From: PVC group bacterium
GTDB taxonomy: Bacteria; Auribacterota; Erginobacteria; Erginobacterales; PUNC01
Reading direction: 5' to 3'
NCBI GenBank assembly: GCA_003551625.1
Contig: PUNC01000133.1
Location: forward strand, 30,013-94,012
Length of the DNA: 64,000 nucleotides
Every line of letters begins with the position of its first letter. Position 1 is the stretch's first letter. Positions 1-9,298 of this stretch are shown in pieces. The notes beneath the pieces were generated by a model. That model saw only the letters and a program-made list of their open reading frames with translations. It ran no database searches and had not been told where the DNA came from. The position numbers and the translations under genes were made by a program.

Positions 1-672
1 TTCCCGGGCGGCGGCGGCGTTGGTCATCGTCTCCTGGGTGGTGAAGGTCTTGGAACAGACGATGAAGAGCGTCTCGGCGGGATCGAGCCCGCGCAGGGTC
101 TCGGCCAGGTGGGTCCCGTCGATATTGGAGACGAAGGACACATCGAGGCCGCGGTCCGAGTAGGGTTTGAGCGCGGACGCGGCCATCGCGGGCCCCAGGT
201 CGGAGCCGCCGATGCCGAGGTTGACCACGTTGCGGACGGGCTTGCCGCCGAAACCCTTCCACTTCCCCTCCCGGACCCGCCGGGCGAAGGCGCTCATCCG
301 GTCGAGCACCCGATGGACGTCCTCGACCACGTTGACGCCGTCAACCATTATCCGGTCGCCTTTCGGCGCGCGCAGGGCGGTGTGCAGCACGGCGCGGTTC
401 TCGGTGCGGTTGATCTTCTCCCCGGCGAACATCTCCGCGATCTCCGCCGGCAGCCCCGCTCTTTCGGCTAAAGCCAGCAGGAGGTCCAGGGTGCGGGCGG
501 TGACCAGGTTCTTGGAGTAGTCCAGGAACAGGTCTCCGGCCGAAAGCGAAAAACGCCGGGCGCGGCCGGGGTCTTCGGCGAAGAGCTCGCGCAGATGAAG
601 GTTTTTAACCTGAAGGAAGTGCTCTTCGAGCGCCTTCCATTCGGGGCTGCGGTTTATCGGGAGGGCTTTCAT
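1..672 (-). CDS. pgi: glucose-6-phosphate isomerase, N-terminal ~224 aa (gene runs off the left edge)
   Basis: Own translation of the minus strand from ATG at 670-672: [19 protein letters not shown]...DYSKN...[10 protein letters not shown]...[11 protein letters not shown]...[13 protein letters not shown], classic PGI motifs. GGGG RBS upstream. Not in the ORF track because it is truncated. Confidence 0.85.
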   Translation of the reverse strand, partial: MKALPINRSPEWKALEEHFLQVKNLHLRELFAEDPGRARRFSLSAGDLFLDYSKNLVTARTLDLLLALAERAGLPAEIAEMFAGEKINRTENRAVLHTALRAPKGDRIMVDGVNVVEDVHRVLDRMSAFARRVREGKWKGFGGKPVRNVVNLGIGGSDLGPAMAASALKPYSDRGLDVSFVSNIDGTHLAETLRGLDPAETLFIVCSKTFTTQETMTNAAAARE

Positions 673-825
673 CGTTTTTTTCCCCATCCTTGATCCGCCC
701 GCGCGGGCGGCAGAAGAACAATACAACGTATCTACCGAAATTTACACCGGAATCTTATGGCGAATCGAGTTGAACACTTGTTATGGTTAATTGCTATGAA
801 TTAACCGGAATAATGGGAGGAAAAG

Positions 826-2163
826 ATGGCCGCTCCATTCAAAGCTTACGACGTGCGGGGAATCTACGGGACCGAAGTCACCGCGGAACTGGCCTACGAC
901 CTCGGACGGGCTTTCGCCGACCACATCGGCCGTGGAAAGGTGGTGGTCGCCCGCGATATGCGCCCCTCGAGTCCGGAGCTGGCCGAGGCGCTGATCCGGG
1001 GGCTGACCGAGGGCGGCAGCGACGTGATCGACGCCGGCCTGGCCAGCACCGATATGATGTATTTCAGCGTGATCCATTTCGAAGCCAACGGCGGAGTGAT
1101 GGTGACCGCCTCCCACAACCCCGCCCCCTACAACGGCTTCAAGTTCGTCCGGGAGAAGGCCATCCCGGTGGGCGGCGACAGCGGACTGGACCGGATGGAG
1201 GAAGCGATCCGTTCCCGGCGGTTCGGCGAGCCGGGCGGGAAAGGAAAAGCGGAAAAGATCGAGGTCTTAAAGGACTACCTGCGCTGGATGCGGTGCTTCG
1301 TCGATCCCGAAAAACTCAGGCCGCTCAAGGTGGTCATCGACTGCGGAAACGGGATGGGCGGGATGATCGTCCCCGAACTCTTCCGGGGGAGCCCCGTAAA
1401 GATCGTCCCCCTCTTCTTCGAATTGGACGGAACCTTCCCCAACCACCAATCCGACCCCCTGCAGGAGATCAACCGCCGCGACCTGACGGCGGCGGTGATC
1501 AAGGAGAAGGCCGACCTGGGGGTGGCGCTCGACGGCGACGCCGATCGGGCCTTCTTCATCGACGACAAGGGGGAATTCGCCTCGGCCGACTTCATCCTCG
1601 GCCTGCTGGTCAAGCCCATCCTCAAGGCCCATCCCGGCGCCAAGATCGCCTACGACGTCCGCTGCTCGAACTACGTCCCCGACACGGTGAAGAGACTCGG
1701 CGGAACCGCCTATATGGGCAAGGTGGGACACGCCTACGCCAAACTCTTCATGCGCAAGATCGGGGCCGAGTTCGGCGGCGAGGTGAGCGGCCATTACTAC
1801 TTCCGCTGCGGGGACGCCTACTTCGACAGCGGTCCCCTGACGGCGCTGCTGCTGCTCAAGGAGCTGAGCGACAACCAACAGACGCTGTCGGAAGCCCTGG
1901 CCGAGACCGCCTCCTATCATATCAGCGGCGAGATCAACTCCACGGTCGAAGATCCCGACGCCGTCCTGGAGAAGGTCCGGGAAGCGTTCGGGAGCCGGGG
2001 ACGGGTTCTTACCATCGACGGAATCAGCGTGGTCGGCGAAGACTGGTGGCTCAATGTCCGCAAGTCCAACACCGAACCGCTGGTCCGCCTCAACTGCGAG
2101 GCCCGCGGCCGGGAAGAGATGGAGAGACTGCGCGACGAGGCCCTGGCGGTGATCCGCGGCTAA
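826..2163 (+). CDS. phosphomannomutase/phosphoglucomutase (alpha-D-phosphohexomutase family)
   Basis: MAAPFKAYDVRGIYG... active-site Ser loop TASHNP, metal-binding loop DGDADR. GGAGG RBS 7 nt upstream of ATG. Confidence 0.88.
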   Translation: MAAPFKAYDVRGIYGTEVTAELAYDLGRAFADHIGRGKVVVARDMRPSSPELAEALIRGLTEGGSDVIDAGLASTDMMYFSVIHFEANGGVMVTASHNPAPYNGFKFVREKAIPVGGDSGLDRMEEAIRSRRFGEPGGKGKAEKIEVLKDYLRWMRCFVDPEKLRPLKVVIDCGNGMGGMIVPELFRGSPVKIVPLFFELDGTFPNHQSDPLQEINRRDLTAAVIKEKADLGVALDGDADRAFFIDDKGEFASADFILGLLVKPILKAHPGAKIAYDVRCSNYVPDTVKRLGGTAYMGKVGHAYAKLFMRKIGAEFGGEVSGHYYFRCGDAYFDSGPLTALLLLKELSDNQQTLSEALAETASYHISGEINSTVEDPDAVLEKVREAFGSRGRVLTIDGISVVGEDWWLNVRKSNTEPLVRLNCEARGREEMERLRDEALAVIRG

Positions 2164-2906
2164 ACCGCCGGGATCGTCATCAGCAGCAGCTGTTTCACCT
2201 TCTCCACGTTTTGAGCGAAGGTCTCCAGGATCTCCTCGAAGGTCACCGGCGGCTCATCGGTCTTCCAGCAGTCGTAGTCGGTGCTCATCGCCACCGCCGC
2301 GTAGGGGATGCCGGCTTCCCGGGCCAGAATCGCTTCCGGGGCCACGGTCATATTGATCACGTCGGCGCCCCAGAGGCGGAACATATTCGACTCCGCCCGG
2401 GTGGAGAAGCGCGGCCCCTCGATGGTCACCACCGTGCCCCGAGGGTGAAAGGGAATCCCGAGTTCGGAAGCGGCCCGGATCAGCTTTTCCCGCAGTTCCC
2501 CGTCGAAGGGGTCGGCCAGGGAGACGTGACGGGCCTGGCCGGGGGCGAACTCTTCGTAGTAGGTCACGGGACGGTGGCGGGTGAAGTCGATGAACTGGTC
2601 GAGGATGACGAAATCCCCCTTGCCGATCTCTTCCCGGAGCGAGCCGCAGGCGGTGGTGGCGATGATGCGGGTGCAGCCCTGCTCCCGCAGGGCGTGGATA
2701 TTGGCCCGGTAGTTCACCCCGGTGGGCGTATGGGTATGCTCTTTCCCGTGGCGGGAGAGCAGGACCACGGGACGGCCCCCGATCTCGCCCAGCGTCAGGG
2801 GGGAGGCCGGTTTTCCCCAGGGGGTATCCGCCTCCACGACCTTCTCGTCGCCGAGCAGCCGGGGATCGTCCAGTCCCGATCCGCCGATAATGCCGATCCT
2901 GTTCAT
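2160..2906 (-). CDS. mtnP: S-methyl-5'-thioadenosine phosphorylase / purine nucleoside phosphorylase (PNP-UDP family)
   Basis: MNRIGIIGGSGLDDP...HGKEHTHTPTGVNYRANIHAL...TACGSL motifs typical of MTAP. Convergent with the PMM gene and overlapping it by 4 nt. Confidence 0.85.
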   Translation of the reverse strand: MNRIGIIGGSGLDDPRLLGDEKVVEADTPWGKPASPLTLGEIGGRPVVLLSRHGKEHTHTPTGVNYRANIHALREQGCTRIIATTACGSLREEIGKGDFVILDQFIDFTRHRPVTYYEEFAPGQARHVSLADPFDGELREKLIRAASELGIPFHPRGTVVTIEGPRFSTRAESNMFRLWGADVINMTVAPEAILAREAGIPYAAVAMSTDYDCWKTDEPPVTFEEILETFAQNVEKVKQLLLMTIPAV

Positions 2907-3045
2907 CGCTTTCTCCTTAGCTCGAATTATTCATAATCCGGCGGTTTTTGATCACCGACAGGATAACAGGATCCGGGGGATAACCAAAACAAAACAGAAA
3001 CCATTAAGGGTTGATTAAAAGCCGTTTCAGGGGGAGAATGCACTT

Positions 3046-3492
3046 ATGGAGGCGGCGGAAAAAATCCTGGGCCTGGCCCTGCACGTCTGCGACGAAGTGA
3101 TCGAGGACGCCAAGACCGGGAAGAAGAGCCTGATTGGGCTCTTCAACCGGATCGTCTCCGCCCGGTTCCCCTGCGTCCATCCCAAGCTGCACGTTTTCGT
3201 CTCCATCACCGGCGGGCGAGGGCGGCGGCGGGCGGAGCTGCGGTGCGTCAACCAGTCCACCCGGGCCGTCCTGCTCTCATCCCGGGGCGAGATCTCCTTC
3301 TCCAACCCCAACGCGGTCATCGACGTCAACTTCCTTCTCACCAATGTAACCTTCCCGGAACCGGGTTCCTACTCCTTCGAGTTTCTCTGCGACGGCGAGC
3401 TGGTCTTCGACCGCCTCTTCACGGTCCAGCAGGCCCGGAAAGGTCCGCCGCCGGGACCGCCCCGTCCTCCGGGGCCGACGCAAACCGGATAG
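3046..3492 (+). CDS. hypothetical protein (148 aa) with Pro/Gly-rich C-terminal tail
   Basis: ORF with AGGGGGAG RBS. No family recognised by eye. Divergent from mtnP. Confidence 0.4.
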   Translation: MEAAEKILGLALHVCDEVIEDAKTGKKSLIGLFNRIVSARFPCVHPKLHVFVSITGGRGRRRAELRCVNQSTRAVLLSSRGEISFSNPNAVIDVNFLLTNVTFPEPGSYSFEFLCDGELVFDRLFTVQQARKGPPPGPPRPPGPTQTG

Positions 3493-3510
3493 ACGTCCCG
3501 GGCCGGAACT

Positions 3511-4263
3511 TCAGACCCGCACCACCATTCCGTCCTCGGCCACGCTCACCTCCCCTTCGAACTCCCGGCGGCAGAGGGCGGCGGGATCGATCCCCTCGCA
3601 AGGAGGGTAAAGGTGGGTTAGCAGCACGCGCCCCACTCCCGCCCGCCGGGCCAGCCGGCCGGCCGCCTCCGGACTGAGATGGCTGGGGGGAACCAGGTCG
3701 GCGGGAAACGACGATTCGACGATCAGCAGATCGGCCCCGCGGGCGAGCCGGACCAGAGAATCGCTCTCCCCGGTGTCGCCGCTGTAAACCACGCTGCGGC
3801 CGGACCGGTTCTCGAGGCGATAAGCCAGGCTTTCGGGGTTATGGTTCACGGCCGCGGCGCTCAACCTCCATCCTTCCGTCTCCCAACAGGGAAGGGAGAG
3901 AATCTTCACCTCCAGCCGGTAGCCGCGCTCTTCCAGCCAGCCGGGATAGGCCGTCCGGAAGGAAGCGAGCAGCCCGTCCAGCCCGGGGGGACCGGCGAGC
4001 CAGAGGTCCTTTTGGCGCGGCCGGAGTTCATAACGCGAAGCAAAGAGAAAATGGGGCAGGCCGAGGGTATGGTCGGGATGGAAATGGCTGATCACGATCC
4101 GGTCGATCTCCTGGTGACTCAAGCCCGCCAGCAGCAGGCCGTGCAGGGTGTCGGGGCCGCAGTCGAAAAGCAGCTTTTCCCCACCGGCCTCGACGACCAG
4201 CGCGGGCGCCAGGCGACGGGCGGAGGGAACCGCCACGCCGGAACCTATCACCGTCACCTTCAT
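3511..4263 (-). CDS. MBL-fold metallo-hydrolase (RNase Z/beta-lactamase-like)
   Basis: HxHxDH motif (ISHFHPDHTLG) and typical N-terminus MKVTVIGSG... Start overlaps upstream nucleotidyltransferase stop by 4 nt. Confidence 0.8.
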   Translation of the reverse strand: MKVTVIGSGVAVPSARRLAPALVVEAGGEKLLFDCGPDTLHGLLLAGLSHQEIDRIVISHFHPDHTLGLPHFLFASRYELRPRQKDLWLAGPPGLDGLLASFRTAYPGWLEERGYRLEVKILSLPCWETEGWRLSAAAVNHNPESLAYRLENRSGRSVVYSGDTGESDSLVRLARGADLLIVESSFPADLVPPSHLSPEAAGRLARRAGVGRVLLTHLYPPCEGIDPAALCRREFEGEVSVAEDGMVVRV

Positions 4264-5066
4264 TCTATTCTCCTTTCTTTCCGGCAGTGGGCGCGGGCGC
4301 GGCGCAGACCCGCCGGATTGCCGGCGTCGAAGACCCGGGCGGCAACCCGCAACGCCTCCAGCCTCCCTTCCCGGGCCATCAGGGCGAAGACCTCGCTGTC
4401 GTCGAAATCCTCGCCGGGGGGCGGGCGAACGCGATCCAGATATTCGAAAAACTCCGGCGCCAGGACCGCCCGGGGAAAAAGACGCAGGCGGGGAGCGAGG
4501 GGAGGGAACGGATAAGTCTCCCCGCGGCGTTTGGCCTCGATCCGGACCACCCGGAAGAGGGCGGCTCCCAGCTTCTCCAGCTCGGCCCGGCCGGAGGCGG
4601 AGAGGGCCGCGGCTTCCTCCGCCTCCCTCACTTCCATCAAAGCGTTGATAGAGGTCCGCCGGCGGGCGAATACCGCCGCCAGCCGGGCCGGCACCGGCGG
4701 GACGGCCCGGACGATGTTGTCGGGAAAGAGCAGGGCGAAAGGGTCACCGTCGACGAAATCCCGGGCCAGCTCGACCGCCGCCGCCGAACCGGAGGGCCGG
4801 TCCTGGCGAACGATGTGAAGCTCGGCGCTTCCGGCCGGTTTCCCCGCCATAATGGCGGTGACCCATTCTTCCATCTCCGGTTTGGCCGGGGAGCTGACCA
4901 GGCAGAGGCGCCGAAAACCGGAAGCGAGGGCTTCGTCCAAGGCCCATCCGATCAGCGGCTTCCCGCCCGCCTCCAGCATCTCCTTGGACCGGCCGCGGCT
5001 CAGCGAAGAAACCCGGGTCCCGCGGCCGGCGGCGGCGATCACGCATTTTTCGATCATTGTCGTCAT
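4260..5066 (-). CDS. sugar-phosphate nucleotidyltransferase family protein (NTP_transferase fold)
   Basis: N-terminal AAGRGTR(V/L) G-rich loop (VIAAAGRGTRVSSLS) typical of G1P nucleotidyltransferases/LicC-like enzymes. Confidence 0.7.
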   Translation of the reverse strand: MTTMIEKCVIAAAGRGTRVSSLSRGRSKEMLEAGGKPLIGWALDEALASGFRRLCLVSSPAKPEMEEWVTAIMAGKPAGSAELHIVRQDRPSGSAAAVELARDFVDGDPFALLFPDNIVRAVPPVPARLAAVFARRRTSINALMEVREAEEAAALSASGRAELEKLGAALFRVVRIEAKRRGETYPFPPLAPRLRLFPRAVLAPEFFEYLDRVRPPPGEDFDDSEVFALMAREGRLEALRVAARVFDAGNPAGLRRARAHCRKERRIE

Positions 5067-5096
5067 GCCCGCCCGGGGTCCCCGGCATTCTTTCTA

Positions 5097-7070
5097 TTAC
5101 ATCATATCCCTGGCGAAAAGAGCGAGCGTGTTGGTGAAGATGTATTTAGCGGCGTCGAAGAGGCCGTAACGGCGCAGGCGGCGCCAGCGTGAAAGCCCGC
5201 GGAAGTTGTCGCAGTCGTAGTCTCCCCGGGAATCGAGAAGGAAGGCGGCCGAGACCATCCGGTTGAAGATATCGCCGAGATCCCGGGCCAGCTCCGGGCT
5301 GGATTCGATGAAGAGAACCGTCTCGGAGTTGAAGATTTTGGAACGGGGATTGAAGTTGTATGAGCCGATCATTACGCTGTCGGGTCCCAGAACCCCCGCC
5401 TTGGAGTGAAACTCCCAGTTCACCCGGCGCCGGTAATCGTCGCGGGGGAGTTTTTCTCCCGGGGGAGGCTGTCCCGAGTAACCGTAGAATACCAGGCCTT
5501 CGGCCACCAGCCGGCGGGCGGAAGACTCGATCACGTAACCGATCGATATGATGTCGTCGTAGGAGAAGCGGCTGTTGCCCAGGACCTTGACCGGAATCTC
5601 CTCTTTCAGGAGGCGGCTCACCACCTGCTCCCCCTTCCGCAGGGGAATAAAATAGGGGGCCATAATCTTAAGCGGCCCGGGAGACCGCAGCATCCGGTCG
5701 AAAATGGCCCCGGAGACGACACGGTGGAAGCGGGGGTTTTCGGGTCGGTCGGAACAGAAGACGATCCCGTCAACCTCGCGCGTGCGCGATCGGGCCGACT
5801 GGACCGCGGCCGTCTTCTCGATCCAACGGCGGGATTCCGCCACCGGTTGCGGGTCCAGAAACCGTCGGCGGGCCGCGGCCAGCCGACGCGCCCAACGCCG
5901 GCGGTCGCTATGGTAGCGGCCGGGGGTGGAATCGACATAGTCGGACCGGCGGGGACGGCGGGGAGCCAGTACCGGCCGGGAATATTTCGAATTCCAGAAT
6001 TCTTCGAAACTCTCCCCCATCACCTCCACGATCTCCCCCTCCACCCAGACGTCGAGGTCGATGAAGTTCTTGCCCCGGTCGAGGCCGAAGTAACTGTCGG
6101 CGATGTTCCGCCCGCCGGTAATCGCCTCGTTTCCGTCAACGATGAGCAGCTTGCGATGGGCGCGGAACTGCCAGGGGTTGAGATGCCAGGCGGGGTTGAA
6201 GATCCTGACCTCGATCCCCTCCTCGCGCAGCAGGGCGGCCAGCCAGGGATCGAAACGGCTCCCGAATGGAGTGTAGTCCCGCAGGATCCGCACCCGGACC
6301 CCCTCCCGCGCTTTCTCGACCAGAGCCTGGACGATCATCTTCGATGAATCCTGGCCGGTCTCGAAAATGTAGTACTCGAGGTCGACGCTGCGCCGGGCCC
6401 GCGAGATCATATCCAGACGGGCCTGGAGGGCGTCGGCGCCATCGGGAAGGAGCCGGACCCGGTGGGGCTCGGAAGAGCGGTGGTAGAACGGTCGCTCCGC
6501 CCGGGCGGAAACCGCCCGGACCGGGTAAGCCTTCCCGCTTCCACCGCCGAATATCATCACTTCCGGATCGGAAGGGTTTCGGGGGTCGAGGGTCACCACA
6601 ACGCCCAGGCCGGTCTCTTCGACCCGTCGGGAGCGGGCGGAGATGAAACCGGGGGAGAAGTCCAGTTTCAGCTCCCGGTCGGGTATGAAAATCCGCAGGC
6701 CGGTCAGGCGGTGGGAACGGCGAAGGCGGGCCAGCGGACGGGGCGGAAGAAGCGAGGGATGACCGCGGCGGGGCGGGCGGCGGTTTTCGATTTTCACCCG
6801 GCGTCGGCCTTCGACCGGAAAGCTGGATTGGGAAGCGATCGACCGCAGGGTGACGGTCTCACCCGTCTCGTCGCGGGCGATCAGACTGATCACCGCCTTG
6901 ACCTTGCCCAACCCGGCCGAACCGTCTTCGGACGGCCGCCTTTCCCGGACCGCCACCTTCAGTTGTCCCGGGCTGAGACGCGGCCCAGAAGGTTCCGCCC
7001 GGCCGGGGAAAGGCGCCAAGAAGCCGCTCAGGGTGAAGATGCATATGAATGACCCGGTCCTGATCTTCAT
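5097..7070 (-). CDS. exported phospholipase D / cardiolipin synthase-like protein with two HKD motifs
   Basis: Signal peptide MKIRTGSFICIFTLSGFLA. First HKD HRKLLIVDGNEAITGGRNI. Second HKD HSKAGVLGPDSVMIGSYNFNPRS. About 200-aa unique N-terminal region precedes the PLD domains. Confidence 0.8.
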   Translation of the reverse strand: MKIRTGSFICIFTLSGFLAPFPGRAEPSGPRLSPGQLKVAVRERRPSEDGSAGLGKVKAVISLIARDETGETVTLRSIASQSSFPVEGRRRVKIENRRPPRRGHPSLLPPRPLARLRRSHRLTGLRIFIPDRELKLDFSPGFISARSRRVEETGLGVVVTLDPRNPSDPEVMIFGGGSGKAYPVRAVSARAERPFYHRSSEPHRVRLLPDGADALQARLDMISRARRSVDLEYYIFETGQDSSKMIVQALVEKAREGVRVRILRDYTPFGSRFDPWLAALLREEGIEVRIFNPAWHLNPWQFRAHRKLLIVDGNEAITGGRNIADSYFGLDRGKNFIDLDVWVEGEIVEVMGESFEEFWNSKYSRPVLAPRRPRRSDYVDSTPGRYHSDRRRWARRLAAARRRFLDPQPVAESRRWIEKTAAVQSARSRTREVDGIVFCSDRPENPRFHRVVSGAIFDRMLRSPGPLKIMAPYFIPLRKGEQVVSRLLKEEIPVKVLGNSRFSYDDIISIGYVIESSARRLVAEGLVFYGYSGQPPPGEKLPRDDYRRRVNWEFHSKAGVLGPDSVMIGSYNFNPRSKIFNSETVLFIESSPELARDLGDIFNRMVSAAFLLDSRGDYDCDNFRGLSRWRRLRRYGLFDAAKYIFTNTLALFARDMM

Positions 7071-7298
7071 AACTTGAGGCCGCGTTAGGCGGCAATGAGG
7101 CGCTTCTCACATCTTATCCAACATTTAAAACTATTGCGGGGGGGCGGCGGTGTCAATACCGCGGATTTGCCATAATCCGGCACGGTGTTAAATATTAACC
7201 GGTATGCGTCATTGCCGGGAACCGAATCTCGAATCCCGTTGACTTTCGGCGAGGTCGGGGTTATTATTAATTTTTCCCATCAACAACAGGAGAAGATC

Positions 7299-8111
7299 GT
7301 GAACGTCTATCCCAAAAGCGAGTTCGAGCTTAAGCTCGACGAGACGATGCTGTCGCTGGCCGACGGAAAAGCGCGCCGGGCGTTGGAATACCTGCTCGGA
7401 CTCAAACCCCTGGAACAGTTGATGGGCTTCTGCAACGTGGTCTCGGTGGAAAGATACGGCTTCAACGACCACGGGCGGGTCCACGCCAAGATCGCCACCA
7501 TCAACGCGCTCAAGATCCTCGACCTGCTGCTCGAAGCCGGCGTGGAGCCGAACGTGGCCAAGGAGAAGGTGGGCGACGACGAAGACTCCCGCCTGGTGAC
7601 GGTGGTCGCCGCCTTCCTCCACGACCTGGGGATGTCGATCGGCCGGGAGAATCACGAACTCAATTCGGTCAAAGTGGGCGATCCCTTCATCTTCTCGGTC
7701 CTGCGGGAGATCTATCCCGACGAGGGAATGGTCTTCGTTCTCCGCTCCTACATCTTCGAGGCGATTATGGGTCATATGGCCCATATGAAAGTCAAATCGA
7801 TCGAGTCGGGCGTGGTGCTGGTCAGCGACGGCTGCGATATGGAATTCGGGCGGGCCCGGGCCGCCCTCAAGCGCAAGACCACCCCCGCGGTGGGTGATAT
7901 TCACGCCCACAGCGCGATGAGCGTCAACCGGGTCGAGATCCTCAAGGGGCAGAGCCGGCCCCTGGAGATTTTCGTGCAGATGAAGGATACCAGCGGGCTC
8001 TTCCAAGTCGAGGAAATCCTGCTGGGCAAGATATCGGCCAGCTCGATCAACCCCTACATCCAGGTCAGCGTCCAGGTCGCCGACCAGGAGAAGATGTATT
8101 ACCGTCTGTAA
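7299..8111 (+). CDS. HD-domain phosphohydrolase
   Basis: H...HD motif (GRVHAKIA ... AAFLHDLGMS). Probable GTG start at 7299, 6 nt after an AGGAG RBS; the upstream ATG at 7185 in the ORF track lacks an RBS. Confidence 0.6.
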   Translation: MNVYPKSEFELKLDETMLSLADGKARRALEYLLGLKPLEQLMGFCNVVSVERYGFNDHGRVHAKIATINALKILDLLLEAGVEPNVAKEKVGDDEDSRLVTVVAAFLHDLGMSIGRENHELNSVKVGDPFIFSVLREIYPDEGMVFVLRSYIFEAIMGHMAHMKVKSIESGVVLVSDGCDMEFGRARAALKRKTTPAVGDIHAHSAMSVNRVEILKGQSRPLEIFVQMKDTSGLFQVEEILLGKISASSINPYIQVSVQVADQEKMYYRL

Positions 8112-8123
8112 GCGCGTGTTCGG

Positions 8124-9224
8124 TTACGGCGTCAGGTAGATTTGCAAGCGCCGCTCGCCGTTGCTTCCCACCGTCCATTCGCCCCCTCTCCTGACGATCA
8201 AGCGGCGGCCGTTTCCGCCCAGCGCCTCCTCGTTTACGGACAAGACCGCCGACGCCCTTCCTCTCAGTTCCGCCGATTCGGCGGCGGTCGCGTTTCTTCC
8301 CCGCAGCGGAACTCCGCCCTCGGAGAAGGCCATCACGATCGGGCCGGGGCGGAAATCACCGCCCTGCCAGAGACGGGGATAGCGGCGGAAATAGTCGGGA
8401 AGACGGGGCGCGGTCAGGACGATCTCAAAGGCCGCCGGGGCCGAGCGAAGATAATCGAGCATACTGAAGACGGGGTCGTCCGGATCGTTCCGATAGATCT
8501 CCAGGGGATCGATCCCCACCAGGTTCCAGCCGTGAAAGACGCCGTGGTCCGGCTTGAGCTCCTGGGCCCGGTACCAGCTCGGAAAGTTCATATTCTTGAC
8601 CATTCCGATCTCGAAGTGGAGGTGGGCGCGGACGCGGGGAATCCGGATGGAGGAAGTGTGGCCCATCACCCCGATCTTTTCCCCCGGGACGATCCGATCG
8701 CCGGTCTTGAGACCGGGGGCGACCCGCGCCAGGTGGGCGTAGAGGGTGTAGATCTCGCCCACCGGATCGGGATGGAGAAGCACCACGTAGATTCCGTAGT
8801 TGGAGTTGCCGGCGATCCGGTTGACGTAGGCGACCGTCCCGTCGGCGACGGCGTAAACCTTGTCCCGGGGACGGCCGGCTCGGTCCCGGCGCAGGGGGGC
8901 GATGTCAATTCCCTGGTGGAACGAGGGGAGGAACCGGTTGCCGACCCGGGAGGTGCGGACCGTGCCGTAAAGCGCCGACTCCGGCCGTCCCGACGCCGTC
9001 GGCATATAGACGTCTTCGCGGTCAAAGTCCAACAGGTTTCGCTGGTCAGTGGGGTAGACAAAGGCGAGCGGCGGACGAGGAGCGGCAATAAGCGGCGTTT
9101 CATCCTCTCCCACAACCGTCTCTTCCGTCTGCCTCGAGCAGCGCAGAGTCCAGACCCCCAGCGCCAGATTGAGCGCCAGCAGGTAGACCAACCCCCATCG
9201 GTGCTTGCGGAGAAATTCCATCAA
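8124..9224 (-). CDS. M23 family metallopeptidase (LytM-like), membrane-anchored
   Basis: HxxxD (HQGIDIA) and HxH (HLHFEIG) zinc motifs. N-terminal TM segment. Confidence 0.8.
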   Translation of the reverse strand: MMEFLRKHRWGLVYLLALNLALGVWTLRCSRQTEETVVGEDETPLIAAPRPPLAFVYPTDQRNLLDFDREDVYMPTASGRPESALYGTVRTSRVGNRFLPSFHQGIDIAPLRRDRAGRPRDKVYAVADGTVAYVNRIAGNSNYGIYVVLLHPDPVGEIYTLYAHLARVAPGLKTGDRIVPGEKIGVMGHTSSIRIPRVRAHLHFEIGMVKNMNFPSWYRAQELKPDHGVFHGWNLVGIDPLEIYRNDPDDPVFSMLDYLRSAPAAFEIVLTAPRLPDYFRRYPRLWQGGDFRPGPIVMAFSEGGVPLRGRNATAAESAELRGRASAVLSVNEEALGGNGRRLIVRRGGEWTVGSNGERRLQIYLTP

Positions 9225-9298
9225 GATAAACGGAAAAGCGCTATCGGAAATTATCGAAAGGGAATGTTAACTCCACCGGGCGGCCGTTTCAAGCTCCG

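Noticed and set aside
783-2936. 717-aa plus-strand ORF overlapping the PMM/PGM and mtnP genes
   Set aside because: Alternate-frame read-through with Arg/Gly-rich composition. The real genes are the 445-aa PMM in another frame and mtnP on the opposite strand.
7170-7200. Imperfect palindrome GTTAAATATTAAC upstream of the HD-domain gene as an operator
   Set aside because: Only 5-bp arms with mismatched flanks. Too weak to call without comparative data.
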